From NCBI GenBank assembly GCA_963743525.1, contig CAVUQH010000003.1, positions 32,001-96,000 of the forward strand: DNA of 64,000 nt, read 5' to 3'. The position numbers and the translations under genes were made by a program. The notes beneath the pieces are model-generated. The model did no database searches and was not told the DNA's origin. It saw only the letters and a list, made by a program, of their open reading frames with translations. Positions 10,571 to 20,565 of the stretch are shown here, piece by piece (within the stretch, counting starts at the first letter, position 1; every line of letters starts with the position of its first letter). Origin of the DNA: an uncultured delta proteobacterium. GTDB lineage: Bacteria; Myxococcota_A; Polyangia; Haliangiales; Haliangiaceae.

Positions 10571-12666
10571 TGGCCGATCAAAAGGACACGATCGTAGGGA
10601 TCGATCTCGGGACGACGAACTCCGTCGTTGCATCGTGGGACGCGGGCCCCGGCGATCCGCAGGTGCTGAACGACGCGTCGGGACAAGCGGTGCAGCCGTC
10701 CGTGCTGTCGTTTCACCCCAACGGATCGGTGCTGGTCGGCACGCCGGCCAAGCAGCGCAAGGTCATCGATCCGAAGAACACCGTCTTCTCGGTCAAGCGA
10801 TTGATCGGACGCACGTTCGACTCGCAAGAGGTGCAGGCGGCGATCACCCGCATGCCCTACAAGATCAAGGAAGGGCAGAACCGGCAGCCGGTGATCGTCA
10901 CCCGCGGCGGCGAGCTGGCCGTGCCGGAGATCTCGGCCATCGTCCTCGACCACATGCGCAAGCTGGGCGAGGCGGCGCTGGCCACCGAGGTCACCCGCGC
11001 GGTGATCACCGTGCCGGCCAGCTTCACCGACGCGCAGCGGTCGGCCACCGCCACCGCCGGCGCCATCGCCGGCATCACCGTGGTCCGGGTGCTCAACGAG
11101 CCGACCGCAGCAGCGCTGGCCTACGGACATCAGCGCCGCCTCGACGAGACCATCGCCGTCTACGACTTCGGCGGCGGCACCTTCGACGTCAGCATCCTGC
11201 GGCTCAAGGACACGGTCTTCGAGGTGCTGGCCACCGCCGGCGACTCGTTCCTCGGCGGCGACGACATCGACGAGCGGCTGGTCGATCACATGGTCAGCCT
11301 GTTCCTGCAGCAGCAGCGGGTCGACCTGCGCGACAACGAGATCGCCATGCAGCGGCTGCGCGCGGTAGCCGAGCAGATCAAGATCGAGCTATCGCGACGG
11401 ACGCGGGCGGTGGTCAAGGTCGACGAGATCGCCTACGGCGCCGGCGGCCAGCCGCTGGATCTCGAGCTGCAGATCACCCGCGACGAGTTCCTGTCCAAGA
11501 TCGCCGACATCGTCGAGGCGACCTTCCCGGTCTGCCGAGAGGCGGTGCGCATGGCCGGATTGCAGCCCAATCAGATCGACGAGGTGGTGCTGTCCGGTGG
11601 CACCACCAAGATGCCGTTCGTGCGCGAGAGGGTGACCCAGTTCTTCGGCAAGATGCCGCGGGTCGACGTCAACCCGGACGAGGCGGTGGCGCTCGGCGCG
11701 GCAGTCCAGGCGACCTCGCTCGAGCGGATCCTCGGCAGCGGTCGCCGGCGCCCGGCGACCGAGCGGCCGATCCGCCGCACCGATCAGGGCTACGCGGCAC
11801 CGCCGTCGCCGCCGCCGACTCCGGGCGAGCGGCCGGCCGCGCCGGGCAAATTCTCCGACGCCCTGCCGGGTGCCGCGTCGCCGCCGCCGCGACCTGGCGC
11901 CGGCATCGCGCGAATCACCCGGCCTGGGACGGCACCGCCGGCCCCGCGCCGCACGCTGATGGGGGCCACGCCGCCGCCGGTCCCCGGCGCACCACCGACC
12001 GCGCGCCCGAACCAGCCGACCATGGCGCCCGGCGCCGGCATCGGCTTCGACGACATCCGCACCGACGTCCCGACCACGGTGCGCGACCCGGCCGACCCGA
12101 CGCAGATCGACCTCGACGACATCGCCACCCGGCCGGGGCCGGCGACCGCGGGTCCGAGCCAGGCCACCGCCTTCGACCTGCCGCCGCCTTCGCAGGGTAT
12201 TGGCGCCGACGCGCGCCAGCGGCCGGCCACCGCGCCACCGATCGTGCCGCCGTCGGCGACGGTCATCGACGTCACGCCCCACAGCCTGGGCATCGCCACC
12301 ATCGCCGGCTTCTGCGAGGGGATCATCCAGCGCAACGCCCGCGTGCCGGCGTCAACCCAGAAGGTCTTCTCGACCTCCCGCGACGCCCAGCAGATCGTGC
12401 GCATTCGCGTCTGTCAGGGCGAGTCGCGGCGGCTTGCCGACAACACCGTGCTCGGCGATCTGGTGCTCGAGGGGCTCGAGCCGCGGCCGCGCGGCGAGAC
12501 CAAGATCGAAGTCACGTTTCAGATCGACTCGAGCGGCATCCTCCACGTGCGCGCGCGCGACAGCGCCACCGGTCAGGAGCAGCGGGCCAATCTCGACCTG
12601 GCCGGCGCGCAGTCGCCGGAAGAGATCGAAGCGGCCCGCCAGCGCTTCCGCGACCTGCGCCGCTGA
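10570..12666 (+). CDS. atypical Hsp70/DnaK-family protein with Pro-rich insertion and truncated lid
   Basis: GIDLGTTNS, NEPTAAALAYG, DFGGGTFDVS, NPDEAVALGAAVQA, DVTPHSLG, IEVTFQID. Confidence 0.93.
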   Translation: MADQKDTIVGIDLGTTNSVVASWDAGPGDPQVLNDASGQAVQPSVLSFHPNGSVLVGTPAKQRKVIDPKNTVFSVKRLIGRTFDSQEVQAAITRMPYKIKEGQNRQPVIVTRGGELAVPEISAIVLDHMRKLGEAALATEVTRAVITVPASFTDAQRSATATAGAIAGITVVRVLNEPTAAALAYGHQRRLDETIAVYDFGGGTFDVSILRLKDTVFEVLATAGDSFLGGDDIDERLVDHMVSLFLQQQRVDLRDNEIAMQRLRAVAEQIKIELSRRTRAVVKVDEIAYGAGGQPLDLELQITRDEFLSKIADIVEATFPVCREAVRMAGLQPNQIDEVVLSGGTTKMPFVRERVTQFFGKMPRVDVNPDEAVALGAAVQATSLERILGSGRRRPATERPIRRTDQGYAAPPSPPPTPGERPAAPGKFSDALPGAASPPPRPGAGIARITRPGTAPPAPRRTLMGATPPPVPGAPPTARPNQPTMAPGAGIGFDDIRTDVPTTVRDPADPTQIDLDDIATRPGPATAGPSQATAFDLPPPSQGIGADARQRPATAPPIVPPSATVIDVTPHSLGIATIAGFCEGIIQRNARVPASTQKVFSTSRDAQQIVRIRVCQGESRRLADNTVLGDLVLEGLEPRPRGETKIEVTFQIDSSGILHVRARDSATGQEQRANLDLAGAQSPEEIEAARQRFRDLRR

Positions 12667-12839
12667 ACCCCGACGCCGGCTGTGGACAGCAGTCGGGAAC
12701 TGCCCGGATTGGATGCGCAGGAGGCCAACGCCGCGCGACTGCCAGATTTCTGCCCCATGCCCCCGTCGCGGTCAGGCTTCGTGACAGAAACCGCTGGACT
12801 GTGGTCCTGGTCAAGGAGCTAGAATTGTTAGCGCCTGTC

Positions 12840-13226
12840 GTGACCGGCACACAGAAAGAGGTCTCACCGCGTGGCGCGCGGCTGCTGGTCGTGGACGATG
12901 ACCCGGCGGTACTCGAAGCGATGGCCAGCATCTTGCGGATGTTCGGGCACGACGTCACCGCGATGAAGGCCCCCCTCGAGGCGCTCGAGTTGCTGACCAC
13001 CGAAGCGTTCGACGGGGTCATTTGTGACGTGATGATGCCAGAGATTCGCGGGCCGACGATGATCGCCAAGGCGCGGGCGGCGGGCATCGATGTGCGGGTG
13101 GTGTTCGTGACCGGATCAGCGCTCGACGAGATCTGCGACACCGGCGAGGACGAGCTGCTGACCAAGCCGTTCAGCCCACCCACGCTGCAGGCCGCGGTCC
13201 AGCGGATGCTCGAACGCGGCTCCTGA
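12840..13226 (+). CDS. single-domain response regulator
   Basis: LVVDDD, ICDVMMP, FVTG, LTKPF; start uncertain. Confidence 0.85.
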   Translation: MTGTQKEVSPRGARLLVVDDDPAVLEAMASILRMFGHDVTAMKAPLEALELLTTEAFDGVICDVMMPEIRGPTMIAKARAAGIDVRVVFVTGSALDEICDTGEDELLTKPFSPPTLQAAVQRMLERGS

Positions 13227-13327
13227 TCCGCCCGTTTTTTCGCTAATCTGGCGCCAGGCGACGGTGAATGCCCGTCGGCACGATCCAGTTCTTGGCGGCG
13301 ACCCGCCAGCCGGGCTAGAACCGCGAC

Positions 13328-13930
13328 GTGGCACCGCGCAGCGCCAGCATTCGCCGGCAGACCAGGGAGACCCAGATCGCGATCGATCTGAGCGTCGACG
13401 GCACCGGTCTCGCGCGAGCGCGAACGCCACTGCCGTTCTTCGATCACATGCTCGACGCCCTGGCCCGACACGGCCTGTTCGATCTGACCATCCAGGCGAC
13501 GGGGGACATCGAAGTTGACGGCCATCACACTGTGGAGGACACCGGGCTGGCGCTCGGCGACGCGTTCCGCGAGGCGTTGGGCGACCGCGCCGGCATGGTT
13601 CGCTACGGCCACTTCACCCTGCCCATGGACGAGACGCTGATGACCGTGGCCGTCGATTTCTGCGGGCGGCCGGCGTTCGTGTGGAACGTCGCCGGGCTCG
13701 AGGGCAAGTGGGTGGGCGGCTTCGACTGCGAGCTGGCCAAGGAGTTCTTCGCCGCCTTCGCCAACCGGGCGCAGTGCAACCTGCACGTGGTCCTGCACTA
13801 CGGGGGGAATCCCCATCACGTGATCGAGGCCTGCTTCAAGGCGTTTGCCCGCGCCTGCGACGCGGCCACGCGGATCGACGAGCGGCTCGCCGGCACCGTG
13901 CCGTCGACCAAGGGCACGCTGACGGCCTGA
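13328..13930 (+). CDS. hisB: imidazoleglycerol-phosphate dehydratase
   Basis: RQTRETQI, FFDHML, DGHHTVED, PMDE, NPHHVIEA, PSTKG. Confidence 0.97.
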   Translation: MAPRSASIRRQTRETQIAIDLSVDGTGLARARTPLPFFDHMLDALARHGLFDLTIQATGDIEVDGHHTVEDTGLALGDAFREALGDRAGMVRYGHFTLPMDETLMTVAVDFCGRPAFVWNVAGLEGKWVGGFDCELAKEFFAAFANRAQCNLHVVLHYGGNPHHVIEACFKAFARACDAATRIDERLAGTVPSTKGTLTA

Positions 13931-13932
13931 TC

Positions 13933-14559
13933 ATGGGCGCCCGTCGAGTCGCGGTCATCGACGCCGGCACCGGCAACTTGCGCTCGGTCGAGCGGGCAAT
14001 CGCCGCCGCCGGTGGCGAGCCGCTGGTCACTCGCGATCCCGACGTAGTGCGCGCGGCGCCCAGGGTGGTGGTGCCGGGGCAGGGCGCCTTCGAAAGCTTC
14101 GTCGCCGGGCTGCGCGCGCGCGACCTCGAGCCGGCCTTGCGCGAGGTGATCGCGGCCGGCCGGCCGTACCTGGGCATCTGCCTGGGGCTGCAAGTGCTGT
14201 TCGACGAGAGCGAGGAGCACGGACCGGTCGCCGGGCTGGGGCTGGTGCCGGGCAAGGTGGTGCGCTTCCGCCCGCGCGACCACCGCAACAAGGTGCCGCA
14301 CATGGGATGGAACCGCGTGCGCCCGCGCGGCGCGGCCGATCCCTTGCTGGCCGGCATCCCCGAGGACGCGTTCTTCTACTTCGTCCACTCGTACTACGTG
14401 GTGCCGGCCGATCCGCAGGTGGTGGCGCTGACCTGCCAGTACGAGGACGAGTTCACCGCCGCGATTCGATCGGGCAACCTGTTCGCCTGCCAGTTCCATC
14501 CCGAGAAGAGCTCGGCGGTGGGGTTGCAGCTGCTGAGAAACTTCGTGGAGAGCGCGTGA
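13933..14559 (+). CDS. hisH: imidazole glycerol phosphate synthase glutaminase subunit
   Basis: [27 protein letters not shown]. Confidence 0.97.
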   Translation: MGARRVAVIDAGTGNLRSVERAIAAAGGEPLVTRDPDVVRAAPRVVVPGQGAFESFVAGLRARDLEPALREVIAAGRPYLGICLGLQVLFDESEEHGPVAGLGLVPGKVVRFRPRDHRNKVPHMGWNRVRPRGAADPLLAGIPEDAFFYFVHSYYVVPADPQVVALTCQYEDEFTAAIRSGNLFACQFHPEKSSAVGLQLLRNFVESA

Positions 14560-15272
14560 AGGTCATCCCCGCCATCGATCTCCTCGACGGCAAGGTCGTG
14601 CGGCTGCTCGAGGGGCGGCGCGACCAGGTAACCGTCTATCACGAGCGAGCCTGGGAGCTGGTGGCCGAATTGGCCGCCGGCGGCGCCGAGCGGATCCACG
14701 TCGTCGATCTCGACGGCGCCTTCGCCGGCGCGCGGGCGCACACCGGCATCGTCGGCAAGATCATCGACGCGGCGACCGTACCGATCCAGGTCGGCGGCGG
14801 TATCCGCGACCGCGCGGCGCTGGATGCCGTGCTCGGCGCCGGCGCCGGCTTCGCCGTCCTGGGCACCGCCGCGGTCAAGAACCCGGAGTTTGCCGAGGCC
14901 GCCTGCGCGGCCTACCCGGGCCGAATCGTCGTCGCCGTCGACGCCGTCAACGGCGAGGTCGCGGTCGAGGGCTGGGTCGAGCGCGCGGGCATCTCGGCCA
15001 TCGAGCTGGGCCAGCGCGCCGCCGGCTGGGGCGCCGCCGCGCTGCTGTACACCGATGTTTCTCGGGACGGCGCCAAGGTCGGTCCCAACGTCGAAGCCAC
15101 GGCGGCCATTGCGGCGGCCGCCGGTATCCCGGTGATCGCCTCCGGAGGCGTCGGATCGCTCGACGATCTGCGCGCGCTCGCCGCGGCCGGCATCGAGCAG
15201 GTGATCGTCGGCCGCGCGCTGTACGACCGCCGCTTCACCCTGGCAGAAGCGATCGAGGCCGCCGCGTGCTGA
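14556..15272 (+). CDS. hisA: ProFAR isomerase
   Basis: [37 protein letters not shown]. Confidence 0.97.
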   Translation: MKVIPAIDLLDGKVVRLLEGRRDQVTVYHERAWELVAELAAGGAERIHVVDLDGAFAGARAHTGIVGKIIDAATVPIQVGGGIRDRAALDAVLGAGAGFAVLGTAAVKNPEFAEAACAAYPGRIVVAVDAVNGEVAVEGWVERAGISAIELGQRAAGWGAAALLYTDVSRDGAKVGPNVEATAAIAAAAGIPVIASGGVGSLDDLRALAAAGIEQVIVGRALYDRRFTLAEAIEAAAC

Positions 15273-16024
15273 CTCGCCGGATCATCCCCTGTCTCGACGT
15301 CGCCGGTGGACGCGTGGTCAAGGGGATCAACTTCGTCGAGCTGCGCGACGCCGGGGACCCGGTCGAGCAGGCGGCTGCCTACGACGAGCAGGGTGCCGAC
15401 GAGGTCTGCTTCCTCGACATCTCCGCCTCACCCGAGGGTAAGTCGACCATGGTCGACATCGTCGCCCGCACCGCGGATTGTGTCTTCGTTCCGCTCACGG
15501 TCGGCGGCGGCGTGCGCACTGTCGACGACGCCGCGCGCCTGCTCGAGGCCGGCGCCGACAAGGTGTCGATCAACACAGCGGCCATCCGCAACCCCGACCT
15601 GGTCACCGACTGCTCGCGCCGCTTCGGCTCGCAGGCGATCGTCATCGCGGTCGACGCCAGGCGCCGGCCCGACGGCAGCTATGAAATCTATAGTCACGGC
15701 GGCCGCACGCCCGAAGGCCACGACGCCATCGTCTGGTGCAAGCGCATGGAGGAGGCCGGGGCCGGCGAGATCTTGCTGACCAGCATGGACCGCGACGGCA
15801 CCGGCAAGGGCTACGAGCTCAACCTCACCCGGCTCATCGCCGACGCCGTCGGCATCCCGGTGATCGCCTCGGGCGGTGTCGGCACGCTGGAGCACCTGGC
15901 CGAAGGGCTGACCACCGGCGGCGCCGACGCGGTCCTGGCTGCGACCATCTTCCACTACGGCGAGCACACCATCGGCGAGGCCAAGGCCTACCTGCAGAGC
16001 CGCGGCGTGCCCGTCCGCGTGTGA
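15266..16024 (+). CDS. hisF: imidazole glycerol phosphate synthase cyclase subunit
   Basis: [36 protein letters not shown]. Confidence 0.98.
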   Translation: MLTRRIIPCLDVAGGRVVKGINFVELRDAGDPVEQAAAYDEQGADEVCFLDISASPEGKSTMVDIVARTADCVFVPLTVGGGVRTVDDAARLLEAGADKVSINTAAIRNPDLVTDCSRRFGSQAIVIAVDARRRPDGSYEIYSHGGRTPEGHDAIVWCKRMEEAGAGEILLTSMDRDGTGKGYELNLTRLIADAVGIPVIASGGVGTLEHLAEGLTTGGADAVLAATIFHYGEHTIGEAKAYLQSRGVPVRV

Positions 16025-16102
16025 AAGTGATTTCGTCGAAGCGGCTGGAATTGCACGGGAAGTTTCTTAGAAACTTAAGAGCGTCCCCGCTATAGTCCGC
16101 GC

Positions 16103-16750
16103 ATGAAGTGGGATGAGCGAGGGCTGATGCCGGCGGTGGCGCAGGACGTGCGGGACGGTTCGGTGCTGATGGTCGCGTGGATGAACGCGGAGGCGCTGGA
16201 CAAGACCCGCGAGACCGGGCTGGCGCACTTCTGGTCGCGGTCGCGAGGGCGGTTGTGGCAGAAGGGCGAGACCTCGGGGAACACGCTGGCGGTCGAGGAG
16301 ATCCGCATCGACTGCGACGAGGACACGATCCTGCTCAGGGTCCGGGCGGCGGGACCGGCGTGTCATACGGGCAAGAGAACCTGCTTCTACCGGACAGTCA
16401 ACGGGGTGGAAGACGAGGGCGCGCGGGGATGTGACGCCGGGGTGCTGGACATGCTGGAAGCGGTGTTGCAGTCGCGGCGAGCTTCGGACGCGGGCAAGAG
16501 CTACACGAAGTCGCTGCTGGATGCGGGGGCGGGGAAGATCCTGGCCAAGATCGCCGAAGAGCACGGCGAGCTGGCCGCGGAGCTGCCGGACGGTGCGCGC
16601 GACAAGGTGGTGCACGAGACCGCGGATCTGCTCTTTCACGTGATGGTCGGGCTGGTCTGGCGCGACATCCCGGTGGCCGACGTGTGGCACGAGCTGGAGC
16701 GGCGTTTCGGCACCAGCGGGCACGTGGAGAAGGCGTCGCGGACTAAATGA
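16103..16750 (+). CDS. hisIE: bifunctional phosphoribosyl-AMP cyclohydrolase / phosphoribosyl-ATP pyrophosphatase
   Basis: [44 protein letters not shown]. Confidence 0.96.
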   Translation: MKWDERGLMPAVAQDVRDGSVLMVAWMNAEALDKTRETGLAHFWSRSRGRLWQKGETSGNTLAVEEIRIDCDEDTILLRVRAAGPACHTGKRTCFYRTVNGVEDEGARGCDAGVLDMLEAVLQSRRASDAGKSYTKSLLDAGAGKILAKIAEEHGELAAELPDGARDKVVHETADLLFHVMVGLVWRDIPVADVWHELERRFGTSGHVEKASRTK

Positions 16751-18696
16751 GTGAGCTGCTAGCTCCGGGCGGGGCGCTGGCTGAAGCGCTGCCGGACTAC
16801 GAGGACCGGCCGGAGCAGCGGGCCATGGCCGAAGCCGTGGCCCGGGCGTTGTCGACGGGGCGCAGCTTGCTGGTCGAGGCGGGCACCGGGACGGGCAAGA
16901 CGTTCGCCTATCTGGTGCCGGCGCTGGCCAGCGGCATGCGCGTGGTGGTGTCGACCGGGACGCGCACGCTGCAGGAGCAGATCGCCAGGCACGACCTGCC
17001 GCGGCTCGAGCGCATGCTGGGGCGGCGACTCGAAGCGGTCACGTTGAAAGGCGTCGGCAACTATCTGTGCCGGCGGCGATTCCACGAGCTGCTCGCCGAG
17101 CCCGACGGCGCGGTCGACGGCGACGACGACCTGAGCAAGATCATCGAGTGGGCGCGGTCGACGACGTCGGGCGATCGCGCCGAGCTGACGACGGTGACCG
17201 ACAGTGCGCCGGTTTGGCAGAAGGTAACGACCTCGCCCGAAGCGCGGCTGGGCGCGCGCTGCCCGCATGCCGAGCGCTGCTTCGTGTCGGCGGCACGCAA
17301 GGCCGCAGAGCGGGCGGATCTGATCCTGGTCAATCACCACCTGTTCTTCGCCGACCTGGCCCTGCGTGCTGCGCACCCGGGCGCCAGGGTGCTGCCCGAG
17401 CACGACGCGGTGATCTTCGACGAGGCACACCAGCTGGAAGACGTCATCACCGAGCACATGGGCATCCACGTGTTGACCGGCCGGTTGGCGGCGTGGCTGC
17501 GCGACGTCGAGGCGGCGCTGGCGCCAGGCGGGCCTCTTCTGGTGTCGCGGTCGTCGCGCGGCTTCATCGATGGCGCCGCGCGGCGCGCCGACGCGCTGAT
17601 GAAACAGCTGGGCGCGCGCATTGCCGAGCGCGCGCCCGACGGCGATCGCGTCGAGCTGCCGCCGGACGCCTTCGCCGGCGACGTCGAAGAGGCGTGGTTG
17701 GCGCTGGATACGGCGCTCGACGAGGCGGGCGCGCACCTGGAGGCAACCGCCGGAGAGACCAACCCGGACAACGGCGAGCCGCTGCGCGCGTTGGCCCGGC
17801 GGGCCGATCGCATCCGCGACGACCTGGCGACGCTCGCCGAAGGGTCCGAGGGGGATTTGCTGACCTGGGGAGAATCCCGCAGCGGAGCGGTCACCGTGCG
17901 CGCATCGCCGATCGCCGTCAACCGCATCTTGCGCGAGCACGTGGCGGGAGACAAACCGGTGGTGATGACGTCGGCCACGCTGCGCACCGCGGGCCGCTTC
18001 GACTACGCGCGCGAGCGGCTCGGTCTCGACGAAGATCTCGCCGACGAGCTGGCGCTGGCGTCGCCGTTCGACTACGCGACCCAGGCGCTGCTGTACATCG
18101 CCCGCGATCTGCCCGAGCCGCGCGAGCCCGACTTTGCCGCCGCGGCCGCCGCGCGCATCGCCCAGCTGCTGGCGATCACCCGGGGCCGCGCCTTCGTCCT
18201 GTTCACCACCCACCGCGTCCTCGCCGACGTCAGCGCGCGACTGGCGCGGCTGGTCGACTACCCGCTGATGATCCAGGGCAAGCGGTCGCGCGCCGGGCTG
18301 CTCGACGACTTCCGCCGCACCGACGGCGCAGTGCTGTGTGCGACCGGTGGCTTCTGGGAAGGCGTCAACATCCCCGGCGACGCGCTGTCGCAGGTCATCA
18401 TCGACAAGCTGCCGTTTGCCCCGCCGACCGATCCGCTGGTCGGCGCGCGGATGAAGCGGATCGAAGATCGCGGCGGTGATCCATTCGCCCGCTATCAGCT
18501 GCCGCAGGCTGCGCTGGCGCTGCAGCAGGGCTTCGGCCGGCTCATCCGCCGCCGCGGCGACCGCGGCCTCCTGGCCATGCTCGACAACCGGATCGTCACC
18601 CGCCGCTACGGCCAGGTGTTCGTCGGCAGCCTGCCGCCGACCCTGCAGCGCACCTCGTCGATCGAGCGCGCGCGACGCTGGTGGAGCGCTCCGTGA
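16747..18696 (+). CDS. DinG/YoaA family helicase
   Basis: [42 protein letters not shown]. Confidence 0.93.
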   Translation: MSELLAPGGALAEALPDYEDRPEQRAMAEAVARALSTGRSLLVEAGTGTGKTFAYLVPALASGMRVVVSTGTRTLQEQIARHDLPRLERMLGRRLEAVTLKGVGNYLCRRRFHELLAEPDGAVDGDDDLSKIIEWARSTTSGDRAELTTVTDSAPVWQKVTTSPEARLGARCPHAERCFVSAARKAAERADLILVNHHLFFADLALRAAHPGARVLPEHDAVIFDEAHQLEDVITEHMGIHVLTGRLAAWLRDVEAALAPGGPLLVSRSSRGFIDGAARRADALMKQLGARIAERAPDGDRVELPPDAFAGDVEEAWLALDTALDEAGAHLEATAGETNPDNGEPLRALARRADRIRDDLATLAEGSEGDLLTWGESRSGAVTVRASPIAVNRILREHVAGDKPVVMTSATLRTAGRFDYARERLGLDEDLADELALASPFDYATQALLYIARDLPEPREPDFAAAAAARIAQLLAITRGRAFVLFTTHRVLADVSARLARLVDYPLMIQGKRSRAGLLDDFRRTDGAVLCATGGFWEGVNIPGDALSQVIIDKLPFAPPTDPLVGARMKRIEDRGGDPFARYQLPQAALALQQGFGRLIRRRGDRGLLAMLDNRIVTRRYGQVFVGSLPPTLQRTSSIERARRWWSAP

Positions 18697-19292
18697 CCGA
18701 CCTCTACCTGGCCGCCGCGGTCGTCGTCGGCGCTTACTTCCTCGGCTCGATTCCGGTCGGACTGCTGGTCGCCCGCGCCCGCGGCATCGACATCCGCGCA
18801 GTCGGCAGCGGCAACATCGGCGCGACCAACGTCGCCCGCGGACTGGGCAAGAAGATCGGCGCCGGCGTGCTGGTGCTCGACGCGCTCAAGGGCGCGCTGC
18901 CGATGCTGGCGGTGCGCTGGCTCGGCCTGGCGCACACCGTCAACCCGCTGGTCGTCACTGCCACCGGCTTTGCCGCGGTGGCCGGCCACTGCTTTCCCAT
19001 CTGGCTCGGCTTCGACGGCGGCAAGGGCGTCGCCACGTCGCTCGGCGTCTACCTGGCCCTCGACCCGCTGGTCACCGCCGCGTGCGCCGGCGTGTTCGCC
19101 ATCGTCTACACCGCCACCCGCATCGTGTCGATCGGCTCGATGAGCGCCGCGCTGGCGTTCCCCGCCCTGCTGCTACTGTTCGGCCGCTCCAACGCCGCCG
19201 TCACCCTGGGCATCGCCGTCGCCCTGGTCGTCCTCTACCGGCACAAGGGCAACATCTCCCGCCTGCTCCACCACCGCGAGAACCGCGTCTAG
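18693..19292 (+). CDS. plsY: glycerol-3-phosphate acyltransferase
   Basis: YFLGSIP, GSGNIGATN, GHCFP, GGKGVAT, RHKGNI. Confidence 0.96.
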   Translation: MTDLYLAAAVVVGAYFLGSIPVGLLVARARGIDIRAVGSGNIGATNVARGLGKKIGAGVLVLDALKGALPMLAVRWLGLAHTVNPLVVTATGFAAVAGHCFPIWLGFDGGKGVATSLGVYLALDPLVTAACAGVFAIVYTATRIVSIGSMSAALAFPALLLLFGRSNAAVTLGIAVALVVLYRHKGNISRLLHHRENRV

Positions 19293-19769
19293 CCGACCGG
19301 CGCCGGGAATCGTCAGATCACCGCCGGCCAGCTCGCGCAGCGGCACCAGCACGAACGCCCGCTCGCACATGGCCGGATGGGGCAGGATCAGCGGCGGCGG
19401 GCCGGCGCTGGTCAGCTGGGCGTCGCCAACCAGCAACAGGTCGAGGTCGATGGCGCGCGGGCCCTTGGCCACCGCGCCGTCGCGCACCCGCCCGAGCTGT
19501 TGCTCCAGCTGCAATAGTCGGTCGAGGAACCTGACCGGGTCGATCTCGGCGGCCAGCTCGACCTCGAGCACGGCGTTGACGAACCACGGCTGGTCGGCGA
19601 CCGGTCCGACCGGTGCGCTGCGGTAGACCGGCGAACGGCGCACCGCCCGAACCTCCGGCCAGGCGGCGATCGCACGCCGCGCCGCGGCAAAACGGTCCAC
19701 GATCTCGGCGACGGTGCCGAGGTTGCCGCCGACGCCGATGTAGGCGCGCGCCGCGGACGACGGTGTCAC
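19173..19769 (-). CDS. folK: 6-hydroxymethyl-7,8-dihydropterin diphosphokinase
   Basis: YIGVGGNLG, SPVYRS.P, FVNAV, GPRAIDLDLL, PHP...RAFVLVPL. Confidence 0.93.
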   Translation of the reverse strand: MTPSSAARAYIGVGGNLGTVAEIVDRFAAARRAIAAWPEVRAVRRSPVYRSAPVGPVADQPWFVNAVLEVELAAEIDPVRFLDRLLQLEQQLGRVRDGAVAKGPRAIDLDLLLVGDAQLTSAGPPPLILPHPAMCERAFVLVPLRELAGGDLTIPGAGRLDAVLAVVEQAGDVALVPVEDDQGDGDAQGDGGVGAAEQ

Positions 19770-20428
19770 TCCTCGTCCGTCACCGGGTTGGCCAGCACGC
19801 CCACCCCTTCGATCTCGATGTCGACGCGGTCGCCGGGGGTGATAGGTCCGACCCCTTGCGGGGTGCCGGTGGTGATGACGTCGCCGACCTCGAGGGTCAT
19901 GGCCCGGGTGATGACCTCGATGAGGACCGGCACCGCGAAGATCATGTCCGAGGTCCGCGAGTCCTGTGCGACCTCACCGTTGAGCCGGGTGGTGATGCGC
20001 AGATCCGCCGGATCCAGCCCGCTGACGATGCGTGGCCCGATGGGACAGAAACTGTCGAAGCCCTTGGCCCGGGCCCACTGGCCGTCGCGGGCCTGCAGAT
20101 CGCGGCACGACACGTCGTTGACGCAGGTCAATCCCATGACGTAGTCGAGCGCGTCGGCGGCCTTTACCCGGCGGGCCCGACGGCCGATCACGACCCCCAG
20201 CTCGCCCTCGAAGTCGACCCGCTGGTAGCCGCGCGGGCGGACGATCGCTTCGCCCGCGGCGATCACCGCCGACGGCGGCTTGAGGAAGATCACCGGCTCA
20301 TCGGGCACCTTCTTGCCCATCTCGGCGGCGTGCGCGCGGTAGTTCTGGCCGATGCCGATGACCTTGCTCGGCTGCAGATCGAAAAGCTGTCCCTCGGTTT
20401 CGCCGGCTGCACAGACGTGGATCTTCAC
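19766..20428 (-). CDS. fumarylacetoacetate hydrolase family protein
   Basis: IGQNYRAHA, FLKP, FEGELG, ND...RD.Q..W.RAKGFD, TGTPQGVG. Confidence 0.93.
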   Translation of the reverse strand: MKIHVCAAGETEGQLFDLQPSKVIGIGQNYRAHAAEMGKKVPDEPVIFLKPPSAVIAAGEAIVRPRGYQRVDFEGELGVVIGRRARRVKAADALDYVMGLTCVNDVSCRDLQARDGQWARAKGFDSFCPIGPRIVSGLDPADLRITTRLNGEVAQDSRTSDMIFAVPVLIEVITRAMTLEVGDVITTGTPQGVGPITPGDRVDIEIEGVGVLANPVTDEE

Positions 20429-20463
20429 GCGCCGGTTATAGCGCACCGCGCCGTCCGGGTGAC

Positions 20464-20488
20464 TGACGTGTGCAGGTTGCACACGTCA
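20464..20488. promoter_or_regulatory. perfect 11-bp inverted repeat, candidate operator
   Basis: TGACGTGTGCA-GGT-TGCACACGTCA between divergent genes. Confidence 0.55.
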
Positions 20489-20565
20489 TGCGACATAGTC
20501 ACGGTTGGTGCAAGATCGGCACCTTCATTGAAACCCGTCCGCTGGCCCCTTAAACTGATGAGGGA

